A stretch of DNA of 64,000 bases from Selaginella moellendorffii (Eukaryota; Plantae; Lycopodiophyta), in contig NW_003314406.1 in the NCBI RefSeq assembly GCF_000143415.4, positions 143,007 to 207,006 of the forward strand, written 5' to 3'. The notes beneath the pieces were generated by a model. It did no database searches and was not told the DNA's origin. It was given only the letters and a program-made list of their open reading frames with translations. This document shows, one piece after another, positions 24,987 through 38,051 of the stretch (position 1 is the first letter of the stretch; the number at the start of each line of letters is the position of its first letter). The translations under genes and the position numbers were made by a program.

Positions 24987-27900
24987 CCGGTCTCGGTCTC
25001 GACTTCGGACTCCATCTCGGACTCCATCTCGGACTCCATCTCGGACTCCATCTCGGACTCCATCTCGGGTCCATCTCGGGTCCATCTCGGGTCCATCTCG
25101 GACTCCATCTCGGACTCCATCTCGGGTCCATCTCAGACTCCATCTCGGACTCCATTTCGGGTCCATTTCGGGTCCACCTCGGACTCCATCTCGGACTCCA
25201 TCTCGGACTCCATCTCGGGTCCATGTCGGACTCCATCTCGGACTCCATTTCGGGTCCATCTCGGGTCCACCTCGGACTCCATCTCGGACTCCATCTCGGA
25301 CTCCATCTCGGGTCCATGTCGGACTCCACTTCGGACTCCAACTCGGGTCCATCTCAGGTCCACCTCTGACTCCACTTCGGAGTCCAACTTGGGTCCATCT
25401 CGGACTCCACTTCGGACTCCAACTCGGGTCCATCTCGGACTCCACTTCGGACTCCAACTCGAGTCCATCTTGGACACTACCACGTGTCATGTGTTGGTCC
25501 TTTTGGGTCCCTTTTTGGAGCCTCGCCTTTTGCTCGCTTCGTGCTCATTCCTCGAGCACTTCGTTGGGAGTTCCACTCCCACTCTTGACTTTTCAAGTCG
25601 GAGCTTTTGGTCCAAACGTGTTACGCTCGTTTGGCTCTCGCTTCGGCCACTACCATGTGGCGCCCTTCCGGCTCCACTTTGGGGCCTAGGGATTTTGTGT
25701 CTCACAACTCCACCACCCATAGACGAAGTTCGATGTCCTCATCGAACGGTGAACCATTTTATAAAGTAACACCCGCATGTGTTACCATTTCCATCCTTGG
25801 CGCATAGCCAATATTTGTCAATGGTGTGACATTGAAGGCTCACCATGCCTTCTCCATATTCGTCAATGGTTGGACATTGAAGGCTCACCATGCCTTTTGC
25901 ATATCCTCTAAGGAGGGTAGTCTCTCCAACTTAGAGACTGATTGGACCACACATAGTGGTTCTTTCCTTTTATTGGTTTAGTTCTCGCTAAACCCTCTTA
26001 GAGACCCTTCTCTAAGTCAATCCCACTACTCCTTCTCGAGTAGTGTCAATTTCCATCGATATAACCTTTGCTTTTTGGAACTTTGGATTTTGACTTCTTA
26101 GAGTCAATTTCCTAGGTGTCTCCGACACCTTGCCTTGCACCTTTTTGTGCAACTCCACTTCCCATCCTAGGAAGTTCTCCACTCGAGGGCACCATCATCC
26201 TCTCTTCTATTTCGTGCCAAAGTTTGAGTTATCATACTTTGTGCTAGGGCTGTTTATGGCCCTATCATTTGGCTACCTTACCGCTCCCTCCCTTGGAGCT
26301 TCCACTTTCGCCAAATCGGAGCATTTCGGAATCCTTCCTTGGAAACACACTTCCTTTCCCGCAACTTGTTAGCATCCAACACATTAGTGTTCCTTGCCTA
26401 ACTTTGTCACTTGCATTCCTTCCAAGGGATTCCACGGCCCTATCTTGGCCACTCATCTTTTGCTCCTATCCGTTGATTGTTGCACCAAGCAACATTGAAT
26501 CTCTACCTCCCTCCTTGAGGTATTGTTTCGGTTCCATAGCAAAGACTCTTCTTTGCCAAGTCCGGAGGATGTTCACCCCTAGTACGTCTCTTTAGCATCT
26601 TCTGCTATGGGCTCTATCCACGGCCCAACTTCGTGACCCTCCTATGGGTCTTTTATAGAGACTACTTTCCTCGGACTCACTATGCCATCACACGGACATA
26701 GTTTATTTCCCTTAGGTGCTCTTCCCACTTGGTTATCACGACCAAGCCACACCACCTTAAACAGTTCAATTTCAACATTTTGAACCAGGAACTTCATTCC
26801 TTAGTCAAACAAGGACCTTGTCCTTATCTGGCCATAAGATCACCTAGTGATCTCACCTTGGCACCTTAACAGAGTTGCCAAGAGGTACTTGGTCTTCTAG
26901 ACCTCCAAGTTGTTGACTATAACCCCAGGGGCATCCCCCACACTTGGCGGTGCACCCAAGCCAGCCCTTACGGCCAAGGGTTCATAGCAACTGAGATTAG
27001 GTGTCCCCATCTCACTCACCACGACCTTGGTGCCACTTGCACCAAAGCGTTCAAGTTAGATATGCTGAGCTTTCACACTAAGCAATCTAACCGTGCATCA
27101 CGACTCCGAGGCATCCCTCGCTTGGCGGTGTGCCCAAACCAGTCTCCCCACTGAGAGTCCATGACCACCGAAATATGAGTGTCCTCATATTCCAAACCAT
27201 CACCACGCCCTAGTGATTTGGGACTCGAACCTAAGCACTAGAGGGTCGGGACTCGAACCCAACCTCCGTATATGCATCTACGGACGGCATCACACAAGAT
27301 GTCTGGCGTGACTCCCCACGCCGGTGCACCAACTTATTTTTAAAGCGCGCTACAGATCACAGCTTAGGAACCTAGTTCCTCCACACTACCAAGTCCTCTC
27401 ACTTGACATGTCTGTGATCATGCATGGACTCCTCCATGCTCGGCCCCATGGCCCACCCTTTTTGAAGTTATCACCTTCAACTAGGGTATTTGTTCCCCCG
27501 ACGTGCCAATCTCGCTTGGCAAGTCCTCCGACCACTGTAACATGGTTCCTGCATAAGCGTGAAAGTCCTTGACCATCAACTTTCGTTCAAAGCCCTCTCC
27601 TTGAACACTCGGGAACTACTTCCCTAACCTTGATAGCCTTGCCTCATGGCAAGCTTCAAGACCACGCTTCTGCTGCGCCACTCTGATTTCGCGCGTTCCA
27701 TGAACCATTTACACTTGGCCTTTCTACGTACTAAGCTACCTAGAATCGTCTTTGGAAACCTTGAAGGAACTCTGTCCCTCAGCTTGCTAAGGCCTCCCTT
27801 TTTGCAAGCCTTCCAAATGCCACATAGTCTAACATGGACAATTCCATATTTTAGACTCTCCATGGCATCACGGTTGCTAGCGGCAACACCCTCGAGCCCC

Positions 27901-30900
27901 CACTTGATTCTCCACTCCCAGCTGGCATAACCAAACTTGGTTATGCCTTTTGATTCCTACGGTTCGGTTCTATCCCCTTACTTCTTGCTTTTTGGCTTCA
28001 CACCTTTCCTTTGGTCATTCTCCTCCAGACCAGGAGGATAGCTTTGCACTTTCTATCATGCTTTAGCAAGTATTCTTAGGGATGAACCTACCCAATAGCC
28101 TAGGGAGTGGTTCCTCAATCCGGGTATACTCACCTTATAATCCCACACACTGAGATTACATTGTTGCTTATGGGCCTTTACATGCCCATCACTAGCTTTG
28201 CCAAAATTCCATTTTTGGCTTTGTCCAACTCGGGTAGACAATCCTCTCCTGTCTCCGCAACCTTGGACATTTGGATAGCACCTTCTATCCATCATTCGCT
28301 AGGGACTTAGTCCCTTGGGCTTTATCCATTGCCCTCGCGACATCAAACACCACCTTCTGGTGTTCTAGAGTGTTCGGGTGTCCCAATGATGGCTTTCTTG
28401 ACAATGAGTATTTCCTTTTATGACATTGACTTACTATATCGCAACACAAGCAACTTATCCCCCGTAAGGGTATATCCAACTTCCCTATGCTATTAAGAAG
28501 TCTTGGGTAGCTACCTTCTACCCGTTTAACCAGTTATTTTGCACCTCTTGCTTAGTTGCCTCATAAATGTCAAGTCCTACAACTCATTGCTTGGTGCTTT
28601 CACACCTCCATCATTATCTGGGTCACCACACTCCAACTGCATGCCCTGCAGCTTAGGCTATGCTATTCCCATTTCCATTGGGATTCCTTTGGCAAGGGGT
28701 TCTCATGAACCCACCAACATAGCCTCAAGGTATCACACCTTGGCACATTTGGTGTCTCCACACCATCGGCTCCTCGAGCCTACCTCTATGACATTTCCCC
28801 TTCGTGTCTAAGTCTTTGCCAAGACCAACACTGCTCTTTCTCATGCCAACCATCCGTTAGCACTGCACCATAGAGGTCACACACAACTTTATGTCAAAGT
28901 TGTTTTCTTCTGGGAACACCTTTCCCATAACTTTAGCATGGCACATTTTGCCATCGATGAGATACCCTCTGTTCTCATCCTTGGATCCTATGATCCCCCC
29001 CCCCCCATCCTTTGTGGGGTACAACACACCTCAGTCCAAATGCTTCCATCAGTCCTTTTAGGACCATCCGTTGACTCTACTTGAGTCATGCAGCAGTTTT
29101 GGACTTGGTTAATCCACAGACCCGTAAGGTCCTACTTGTGAGGCACTAGCTCACTGGAATACACTTCTTGCATTCCTGTCCTACTCAAAAGGACTATTTT
29201 CACAAGTGTTACTCCGACACTTGATTTTGTTCTCTGGGGGCAACCTTTGCCCCTTAGGACTACTTGTCCATGTGATGAGAACACCAACTCATCCACTTAA
29301 TACACCCCCAACTCCTTGGGTTGTTCCAGCATTTATTAAAGGTAGCCCCGGCTACCTTTTCAAGGACTTGAGTCCTCTTCCGTATTTGACCTCCCACGGT
29401 CATTACTTCTGGTCTCACATTCATGAGGACCAACCTCAACTATATGAGGAAAATCTTGTGACTCCTTTATTGCTTTGGAGTCTTTATCTTTCCCGTGATC
29501 CCAACTATAGTTGTTTACCACAACTACATTAGCCAGTTTGCTAAGTCAAACGCTCATCTGGATCACATCCTCAACTCTTTGAGGAAAACCATATACTGTT
29601 CCCAAGATCCCAAAGTCGTTCCATTATTGGCCCTTTTCTATCCACCACCTCGTCTACAAGTTCACACATGAACTGTAATGGAGAGCCATGTCTTCCCAAC
29701 TTGCTACTCCTCAAGGATAGGCCCACTCCTCGGACCTTCCGATGCCAACACTAGTGGTGATATACTTGAGCACCAATAAAAGTCGGACTAAGGAACAGCT
29801 CCGATACCAAATTGTAAGCGACTAAATTTTCCATTCTACTTTAGTCACTTAACCACACCTCTGACCACTTGGAGGAGTCTCATTCACAACCTCCATAAGT
29901 CCAATCCAGGACTTGGGACTTGCTAGCCCCGAGAATGGCATCCATGCCACTCAACATTTGCACTTGGTCCAAGTGCTCCACGTGTCCGATCCCATGACCG
30001 ACACTCAAAGGTACCACCGACATAGCAGCCCGTTACGCTAAGGCCATGCCCAATCACCTTTGCCACACTGGTAGTCCAATACCATTTGCATCACCGTCTT
30101 GGTTCTCCAAGACTAGGCAAACCATCCGTGAGTGGTCATCTCAGATCCACTCCTTAGCATCCTTAGGATGCCCACCGACAAGGGGAATAGCCTTCCCCAA
30201 TATCCCTCTGTCAGTCCCCACTAAGTCCCTTTCTGCCCCTGGCCGTGTTTGCCAACACTGCCACTGGATCGAGACCCACAGGCCCGACCACTAAGTCCCA
30301 CGGTCCTCTGGGACTTCCTCACCACACGACTGTGTCCTTGGTCACTACCCCAGAGGACTGCTCCTCTTCCTTTCCACAGTCTGGGCCTTTGGGACAACAT
30401 TTCGGAACACCGTGGCCTTACGCGAGCCACCTGGGTACTCTCCTCGCCTTCTGCCCTTGGGTGCTCTAGCCATGGGCTTAGAGCGGGTTCCGTTGAGCCA
30501 CACCAGGTATCCAAGTAGGTAGTGCCACCCACACTTGGACTGGGAGTATCGGCCAGTCAATCTCCCGGGGGAACTAGAGCCGGCTCTTGAACACTTCACC
30601 AAGCTACCCTGCTTGTCGGTTTGTGTTCACTCTAGTCTTGGACTTCCCAGTGGGCAGCTCATCACCCAACACTGGGTCCGGCCTTCCTGGGCCAAACTGG
30701 CCTTTCCTGGCCAAACTGGCTCCACTGCAGTCCTCCCCCTACTATACTTTTGGAGCAAACCAAACCCCCCAGGGTCTGGGAGACGAACGCTTTGGGCTTT
30801 CACCCTCTCAGGCTCCGGACTCGGACTCGGACTCGGACTCGGACTCGGACTCGGACTCGGACTCGGATTCGGACTCAGACTCGGGCTCGGGCTCGGTCTC

Positions 30901-30932
30901 GGCCTCGGCCTCGGTCTCGGTCTCGGTCCCGA

Positions 30933-30964
<32 letters not shown>

Positions 30965-31660
30965 CCGGTCTCGGTCTCGACTTCGGACTCCATCTCGGAC
31001 TCCATCTCGGACTCCATCTCGGACTCCATCTCGGGTCCATCTCGGGTCCATCTCGGGTCCATCTCGGACTCCATCTCGGACTCCATCTCGGGTCCATCTC
31101 AGACTCCATCTCGGACTCCATTTCGGGTCCATTTCGGATCCACCTCGGACTCCATCTCGGACTCCATCTCGGACTCCATCTCGGGTCCATGTCGGACTCC
31201 ATCTCGGACTCCATTTCGGGTCCATCTCGGGTCCACCTCGGACTCCATCTCGGACTCCATCTCGGGTCCATGTCGGACTCCACTTCGGACTCCAACTCGG
31301 GTCCATCTCAGGTCCACCTCTGACTCCACTTCGGAGTCCAACTTGGGTCCATCTCGGACTCCACTTCGGACTCCAACTCGGGTCCATCTCGGACTCCACT
31401 TCGGACTCCAACTCGAGTCCATCTTGGACACTACCACGTGTCATGTGTTGGTCCTTTTGGGTCCCTTTTTGGAGCCTCGCCTTTTGCTCGCTTCGTGCTC
31501 ATTCCTCGAGCACTTCGTTGGGAGTTCCACTCCCACTTTTGACTTTTCAAGTCGAAGCTTTTGGTCCAAACGTGTTACGCTCGTTTGGCTCTCGCTTCGG
31601 CCACTACCATGTGGCGCCCTTCCGGCTCCACTTTGGGGCCTAGGGATTTTGTGTCTCACA
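23847..31660 (-). mobile_element. LARD-like non-autonomous LTR retrotransposon, copy A1
   Basis: Near-identical TG..CA LTRs at 23847-25706 and 29813-31660. TSD CCAAG (23842-23846 / 31661-31665). PBS on the minus strand at ~29798-29809 and PPT at ~25707-25720. The 4.1-kb internal region has no gag/pol ORF but is conserved with copy A2. Confidence 0.9.
24849..25470. repeat. Compound minisatellite (CTCGGA)n/(CTCGGT)n/(CTCGGACTCCAT)n inside LTRs
   Basis: Tandem 6- and 12-mers, repeated at ~30815-31425, ~48625-48990 and ~54285-54510. Related arrays lie in the B LTRs at ~22885-23110 and ~57833-58032. Confidence 0.95.
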
Positions 31661-32627
31661 CCAAGGTAGTGTTAGTTGGATAGACAAGGTAAGTTGGCAA
31701 ATTGGAAAAGAAAAATTTATGGCTTAAAATTTGGTATCGGAGCCTTTTCCTTAGTTCTAGTGAAGGATAGAGGTGGATTGTTGGGAAATGGAAAAGGCAG
31801 GGCATAAATGAACCAAGGCGGAGATGGAACCTCCTCCAGAGCTAGAGCCTCCGGTCAAACAAGAGGCAATGGATAAGGAATCCTTGCATGAGGAGGACTC
31901 TAGTGAGGAAACTTCCAAACAGGATTTTGGTGGTGAGGTTTGGTTGTCCAAGGCTCGATTAGACGTTCTAGAAGGACAATTGGTCCAGACTAATGCCCTA
32001 TTGGAGAATTTCGTACACAAGCTAAAGCGTGACGAGAAGCGGAAGAAAACATGAAAGACTACAGATGCTGGCAACGCAGAAGGTGAAGACCCTTTGGTAG
32101 GGACTGAGGCAGAACAAAACAAGGTCGAACAGACCAAAGTGGAATCAGTCCCTCAAACAGTTCCCAAGTAATGCCAAGTCTTGGTAAGCTCTATTTCGTT
32201 AAAGTGGGAATTGTCATTATCCCACTTGTAAAATAAAGTTTCCAAACCTTTATATAGTATATAAATATAACAAAATTCAATTGCATTGAGGCACATGCCA
32301 TTTTATTTTAAACAAGGAAATGTCTACTCAATCACTTCTCCTCCCCCTGCCACTGCTTCACCTCTCTCTTCTCCTTGTCATCGTCGTCCAATTTCTTTCC
32401 ATCCTTTTAATATTGGCTCAGTTGCTCCGAGTCTAGGTGGAGCCCAAGTCCCCATTCAATCTTTACTTTCCCCTTATTAATAAAACAACTTCGCAGACTT
32501 CCAATAACATGCTGTAACACTTCTAGTATAATGCAAATCCTCTCAAAGAATTGTCTTTTAATATTAATACAATGGCATGGAACCCCATGCCATAATAAGT
32601 TACATTTTTAAATAAATACATGCCATC

Positions 32628-35600
32628 TCAGACTGTTATTTTTTGCCTCCAACGCCTATACAATAATCTTGGAATTTCATCACTCTCCACACTATCAGGA
32701 TTTAAACCCAATAGTAATGCCATCTCTTCTCTAATACGTCCATGCTCATGTTCAGTGGTCGAAGAACCCATCCAGTTGAGCAGATTATGGAGATGCGGAT
32801 AATGCTTGGCTAGACAATATACATGCCATAAATGATGACTGGTGTCTGTCCGATCAAATGGCTTCTGATATACTGTTCCATCTGCCATTTGGTTGATTTC
32901 TGCAGCCACCTCCTGGACTGGCCGGTTCTCTATCACCATCGCTTCAAGCCGTTTTGCAAGGTCCCCCAGAACATACGGTTTCTTCTCCCTAGTTTCCATA
33001 CTGCAAGAGATGGGGTGCACTGCATATGTGTGCGTGTTCGCTGCAGTTTTAATCGGCGAGTCATCGATGATGAGGATTTCACTTGACCTAGCAGTCCGGT
33101 TCATCACTACAGCCTCTGCCTTGACGAAGATGGGCTTGCTACCCCTCACATGGACCATAGTCAAGCAATCCTCCTGCGTTAGGAGAAAGTCAAATGGTAA
33201 TATTACTCGCATCTGATCGTGCATCATCTGTAGCAACGTTAATGCATTGTGGTGCATCATGGATGTTCAAACTCCAAATTGCAAATTGAACCCGGCCCTC
33301 TGTTTTAAGTGTCGCATGGTCATTATTAGATCCCGCAGTTTCTCCCGTGTGATTAATGTGAATCTGTCTCTTTTGACCAACTTGCGACCGCAGGCTTTGG
33401 AGGGTGCAGTGACATTCGAGGACGAGCCACGCTCATGGGAGAAAAAGACACCATTCAGATCAAAAACGATACAGTACTTTCGCCGTGACTCTGAAATGAA
33501 ATGCGTCAGCATAAAAAATGGTACAAGTCAATTTTACCATCTACAATATTAGCGAATGGTGCTCCCGATGGTCGTTCAGAGGGTTTTGGTCGAGGAAACG
33601 TGAAGGGCGGAAATACTCTCCTCTGCAATGTGGGGTCAATCGCATCCGATGGCGTGTGGGCACATGCCATTTCAGCTGTAGACTTTGGTACAACTGGCTC
33701 AACAGTGGCATGGGGTGGTTTCGATGGCGTGTGATCACACGCCATTTCAGCTGGTGCCTCCGTTGGCAAAGTGGACATGACCGAACAGGCAGCAGGGGCG
33801 GTGTAGGGAGGTTCCAACGGCGCGTAGTCAGACGATTGGGCACACGTTGGAAATGAGGATACGACCGGCTCGGCGGCTGGGGTGGCCTCATGCGGGTCCA
33901 ATGGCGCCTGGTCACCGTCAGTTGGATACGTGGACAAGATTGACTCAGTGGTATGGGCAGCATCAAGTGGAGCGTGGTCAGCTTGCTTGGCGTTGATATG
34001 GATAGTAGCCTCCACCAGCTCTGATGACTCTTGCAGGCAAGTAGAGTCCACTGGCGGATCCATATGCATGTCCAAATATCTCCCTTCGATTGAGATGGTA
34101 TCCTCCCGTGCTACTAAAAACAAACTCATTAGCACATTGAATCGACTATACTGTATTTACCATCAACTGCTATTGAGGAACTAGGACCGATATCACTTGG
34201 GCGCACTGTTGATTCTGAAGGATTGGACATACGTTTCGACCCTTGCTTGGCACTATCCTTCCTCGACACTAAAGGCTAGAGTTTGTATCTTAATTCAACT
34301 GAATAATCTCTACTTACCATTTCTTCTGCGACCTACATGGACAATGTTAGAAATGGTAAAAGGTTAGGAATGGATGTACTATTATTTACCTGATGGTTTG
34401 TCTTGTATGACCTTCCTCCGCTGCTCTTTGGCCACCTCAAGCTGGCCATCGTCGTCATCATTGTCATCGTCGTTATTGTGATCGTCACCATTGTGAGGAC
34501 CATCCAAGTCCTCTTCGTCCTCCTCTTCTTCATCCTCCTCTTCTTCGTCCTCCTCTTCTTTGTCCTCCTCTTCGTCCTTCTGCTCTTCCTGCTCATTATC
34601 TTTCTCTGGCTCCTCATCCCCCTCTTGCATTTCTTCCATAGGCTGCTCAGGCTGGATGGCTTGTTTTTCCAGGACCATCTTGGGAAAATCATCTGGCCGA
34701 GTCTCCATCTCAAAATACAAGACATCCATAGCCTGTTTTAGTGCGTGACCTAGGACCGTATCCTCACCCGACTGTCTTAACATGGTTTCTGCACGTTCTT
34801 GCACCCTTCGAAGACGACGAGATGAGAAAAACGTGGCCCTGACTTGAAAAGCATCCCTCATCCATTGTACCTCTCCATTGAGATTGGGGAAGGGGAGTCC
34901 GCCATAGGAATCTGAGTCAGAAGGTGGTGACTGGCTCCTTTCACTCAGCCCTTGATCTGCAATGAATGGCATGAGCACACACGCCATAACCGTGAGGCAT
35001 TACCTATCATCTTTTCGTTGCCCTTCTTCCTTTTCGAATCAAACGCCTCTGATCCCGATGACTGTCCAACGTGCTTTCGCTTTTTATGACCACTGTCAGT
35101 TTGAGCTTGGCTGATGCTTGCCTGTTTTGCCTTTGAAGAAGTGTCTCTTGCAAGGAATGGCATGAGACCACACGCCATTGCAAATATAATTTGTACCTCC
35201 TTTTTTCCTATTGCTTGTCTGTTTGTCCTTCTTCGACGCGCCACCAGTGCGCTTTTCAGTCCTCGTGTCTGAATATTCACAACGATCTATAATCAAAATG
35301 GCGTGAGGCCTCACGTGACCTTACCTTGTGCAGGTTGTGACCTCGGCCTAACATCAGTAGCTGTTAACGCCGTTTCAGCATCTGGGGGTGGCCACGCTCC
35401 TACATACAGAGCTTGTGAGATAACATTTAAACTTAAAGTGCGTACTCACCAGGTTCATAGAGAAGATACTGTTTTTCTTTGGCAACTGTAATTATATGCT
35501 CCATTGAAGTCACCTCTTCAATGGAGTTTGTCACCGCAACACACGGGACACCCTTGAGTAGTGCGGCTCGAAAGAATAGTCTGCCGCAGTTGTACTCGAC

Positions 35601-38051
35601 AACGCATTTGCCCTTGGAGTCACCCGCTATTGCGTTGAAGACCCAGCTGAGCATTTCCCATGCTGCACCTGGAGCTTTCTTTGGATTCGAAAGCTCTATA
35701 GCCGTCTTCAGTTCCTCAGGCACAGGTAAATTGACCTCCCTCAGATCAATTCGATCGGCTTTGTTGAATGAAGCTGGGAAGTCGCTCCAGTCCCACTCTG
35801 CTGCAGGACCAATAACAAGGGCGACTGTGAAGATGCGGACATTCGTCGGTATCTTCTTCTTAGCCATTATCCCATGGATCTCCCGCATCTCCTTGCCTTT
35901 CAACCGAGCCTTCACCTCGTTCAAGGCCTTCCAGAACTTGTGATAGGATTCGGAGTCGTAGATCATATAGTGGACTGAAGATTCCACCTCCGCAAGTCCC
36001 ACCATTAAGTCAATGATGGAGCTGACTTCGTCTGCATGAGTGATCTCCTCGTTTGTGAAGTCCATCACACAAAAGATGTTCTTGACCTGCTCATCTCCGC
36101 GGGAAACAATGCTCCTCCACCTTTGATCCTCATCCGAATTCACGTATACCCGGTAACGTTCTCGATAGGCCTCTGCTGCGGGGTCGAGCTGTTTCTGAAG
36201 CCGGCGGTCGACATCCCTCTTAATGAAATTTGGATACTGATCCAACTTCTCAGCTTTTCGTGGCATCCCGCAGCAGATCGATGAACTTGGGGGCCCCCTT
36301 CACGTACTCGTCGATGTCTTCATTTGACAAGTCCAGCTCTTCCATCATCTCTTGCGTGGTGTCAATGCTCACCCTCGCCACGGCCACTTGCTCGAAGATC
36401 CAATCCTTCAATAGCGCACGAGCTCTCAGAGTCGTGCACAAGTCCTCGTATGTCACAATATGGCCGGGAGTCATTTTGGTCTTGTTGAAGACTACCTCAC
36501 CACGTAGAAGAGCATTAGCCACTGTCAGAAGGTCGTCGTCGTCTAGAGACCGCGAGAAACGCAAGGCGTTGAGCTTCAAATCATTGGGCTTCCGGCCGTC
36601 CTCCACACCCATTGAGTTTAGCAACTCCCCGTCATGGTACCTCCTCAGCACATCTACCCATTTGTCAAAAACAACTTTTGTCACGAGTAGAATGTTATGG
36701 ATGCTGAGTGTGTCATTGACCCCCAGTGTTTTCGAGAGAAGACTCGAGAATTCCTGCAATGGAAATGGCATGAGGCCACATGCTATGCCACATGCAACGA
36801 GGCTTACCTGCCAGGCGCTAGTTGCTAGTGCACGTCCTTGTCCTGGTTTTTGTGGCTTCTTCAGTTGAACCCAGAGCTTCCGTGTTCGTGCCAATGTCTC
36901 GTGCAGACCCGATTTGTAGCACGTTTCTTGCTTGACATTCTGCGCGTGGGAGATGTATATGATAGATCGGAGGGGCGAGTTGCCTTTTATCAGGCGGACA
37001 ACTCTTGTCTTGAAGACTTTCTTCACCTCCTCGCCCACCATAATATCCACAACTATCTGTTGCATCGCCAAGCTAGAATGCTGCCCGGAGACGGCATAGA
37101 ACCGGATGTTCTGATCGTCCAACAACTTCCTATTGATCAAGTCTGGAAACCTCATCTCGCCCTTCATTGTTCGGTAGTAGGGGATCACGTCTGCGATGTC
37201 GGGTGTTACTGGACTTGCCAGCATCTTCTGCTTCAGTTTCTCCACCCACTCATCAGATACTAGCCTGTGGTTGTATTTGCTTTGGATGTCGATACGGCTC
37301 ACGTCGATTGTATATACTTTGTTGGAATAGTAACAAGTACTATTATCTGCGACGATCATTGCTGCCTCTTCGCGAACTGGAAGCACTCTCAATGGCTCAA
37401 TGTTGGAATATAGTTTTTGAACATCGCTGTAGGTGAGGTCCGTGGATTCCATGTGATCTTCATAGACCCGCAGTGTCTTTGAAATTGTGGGCCTCCTGGA
37501 CAACCTCTCCCTAGCTCCCTCTAGGAATTCCTCATAGCCGCTGCCCCCCTCCGGGAAGCTGCTAGGATGTGCAAGGTGGATCTTGAAGGCGGACGCTGTC
37601 TCTACCACAAGTGCCAGTCCATATTCTTGCATGGAACTGCATGGAGTGTCTGTCACTTGGATGAGGATCCCCATGCATTCTTTTCTCCCACCATCTGTGT
37701 TGTATAGCATCAGATCCTCGCCTTCCATCCCGAAAGTCCAACTGGTGAGCTCCTCCCCCTTCTCTGCATCCACATTGATAGTGGCTGGAAGAAGAACGCA
37801 ATTCCTCGCCTGTTCAGAAATGCACAACAATTAGAGCTGACAGATGAAAAGCTAGCAGCTGGAAATAACGTGAGGCCACACGCCATTCACCACTGCATCA
37901 GATGTCTTAATGCTGCATCCTAAGATGGCGTGAGGCTACACGCCATCTGTAACCGGACTGCACTCGAGAGCCTAATCGGTGCATGCCAATGTTGCTACTG
38001 AATGGCATGTGGCCTCATGCCATTTTCTACTTGGTCTAAAAGACTTACCAT
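32628..38051 (-). pseudogene. Transposon cargo gene, ~9-10 exons: ParB/Srx-like + degenerate N4/N6-MTase-like + acidic linker + FCP1/NIF-like HAD phosphatase
   Basis: ATG at 38051-38049 directly precedes a GT-AG intron (37810-38048). Short GT-AG introns then link ORFs 36250-37830, 35433-36266, 34382-34987, 33506-34135, 33267-33512 and 32628-33260 into one frame. Motifs: NHRLVSDEWVEKLKQKM..FYAVSGQHS; KCVVEYNCGR..AALLKGVPCVAV; IVFDLNGV..V(W)TS..KPIFVK..LIIDDSPIK. Lesions: frameshift ~36268, TAG 34253-34255, TGA 33267-33269. Confidence 0.7.

Noticed and set aside
24849-25470. Repeat array as CRISPR
   Set aside because: Contiguous tandem units without unique spacers, eukaryotic context and no cas genes.
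24569-25769. Long overlapping ORFs (SR/RD/GL/SD-rich) in all frames, repeated at 30.5-31.7, 48.3-49.2 and 54.0-54.7 kb
   Set aside because: Artefacts of stop-free 6/12-bp tandem repeats in LTRs, not SR proteins.
32180-32195. Target-site duplication for the DNA transposon
   Set aside because: The flanks (TGGTAA / ATTGGT) do not match and gag sequence appears deleted at the junction, so superfamily cannot be confirmed by TSD.
33267-33269. TGA at a Trp position as recoding or RNA editing
   Set aside because: TGG>TGA, CGA>TGA and CAG>TAG stops are common throughout the window and fit methyl-C deamination.
37236-37258. CTGATGA..GAAA on the minus strand as a second hammerhead
   Set aside because: No stem II or stem I pairing, and it lies in coding sequence.
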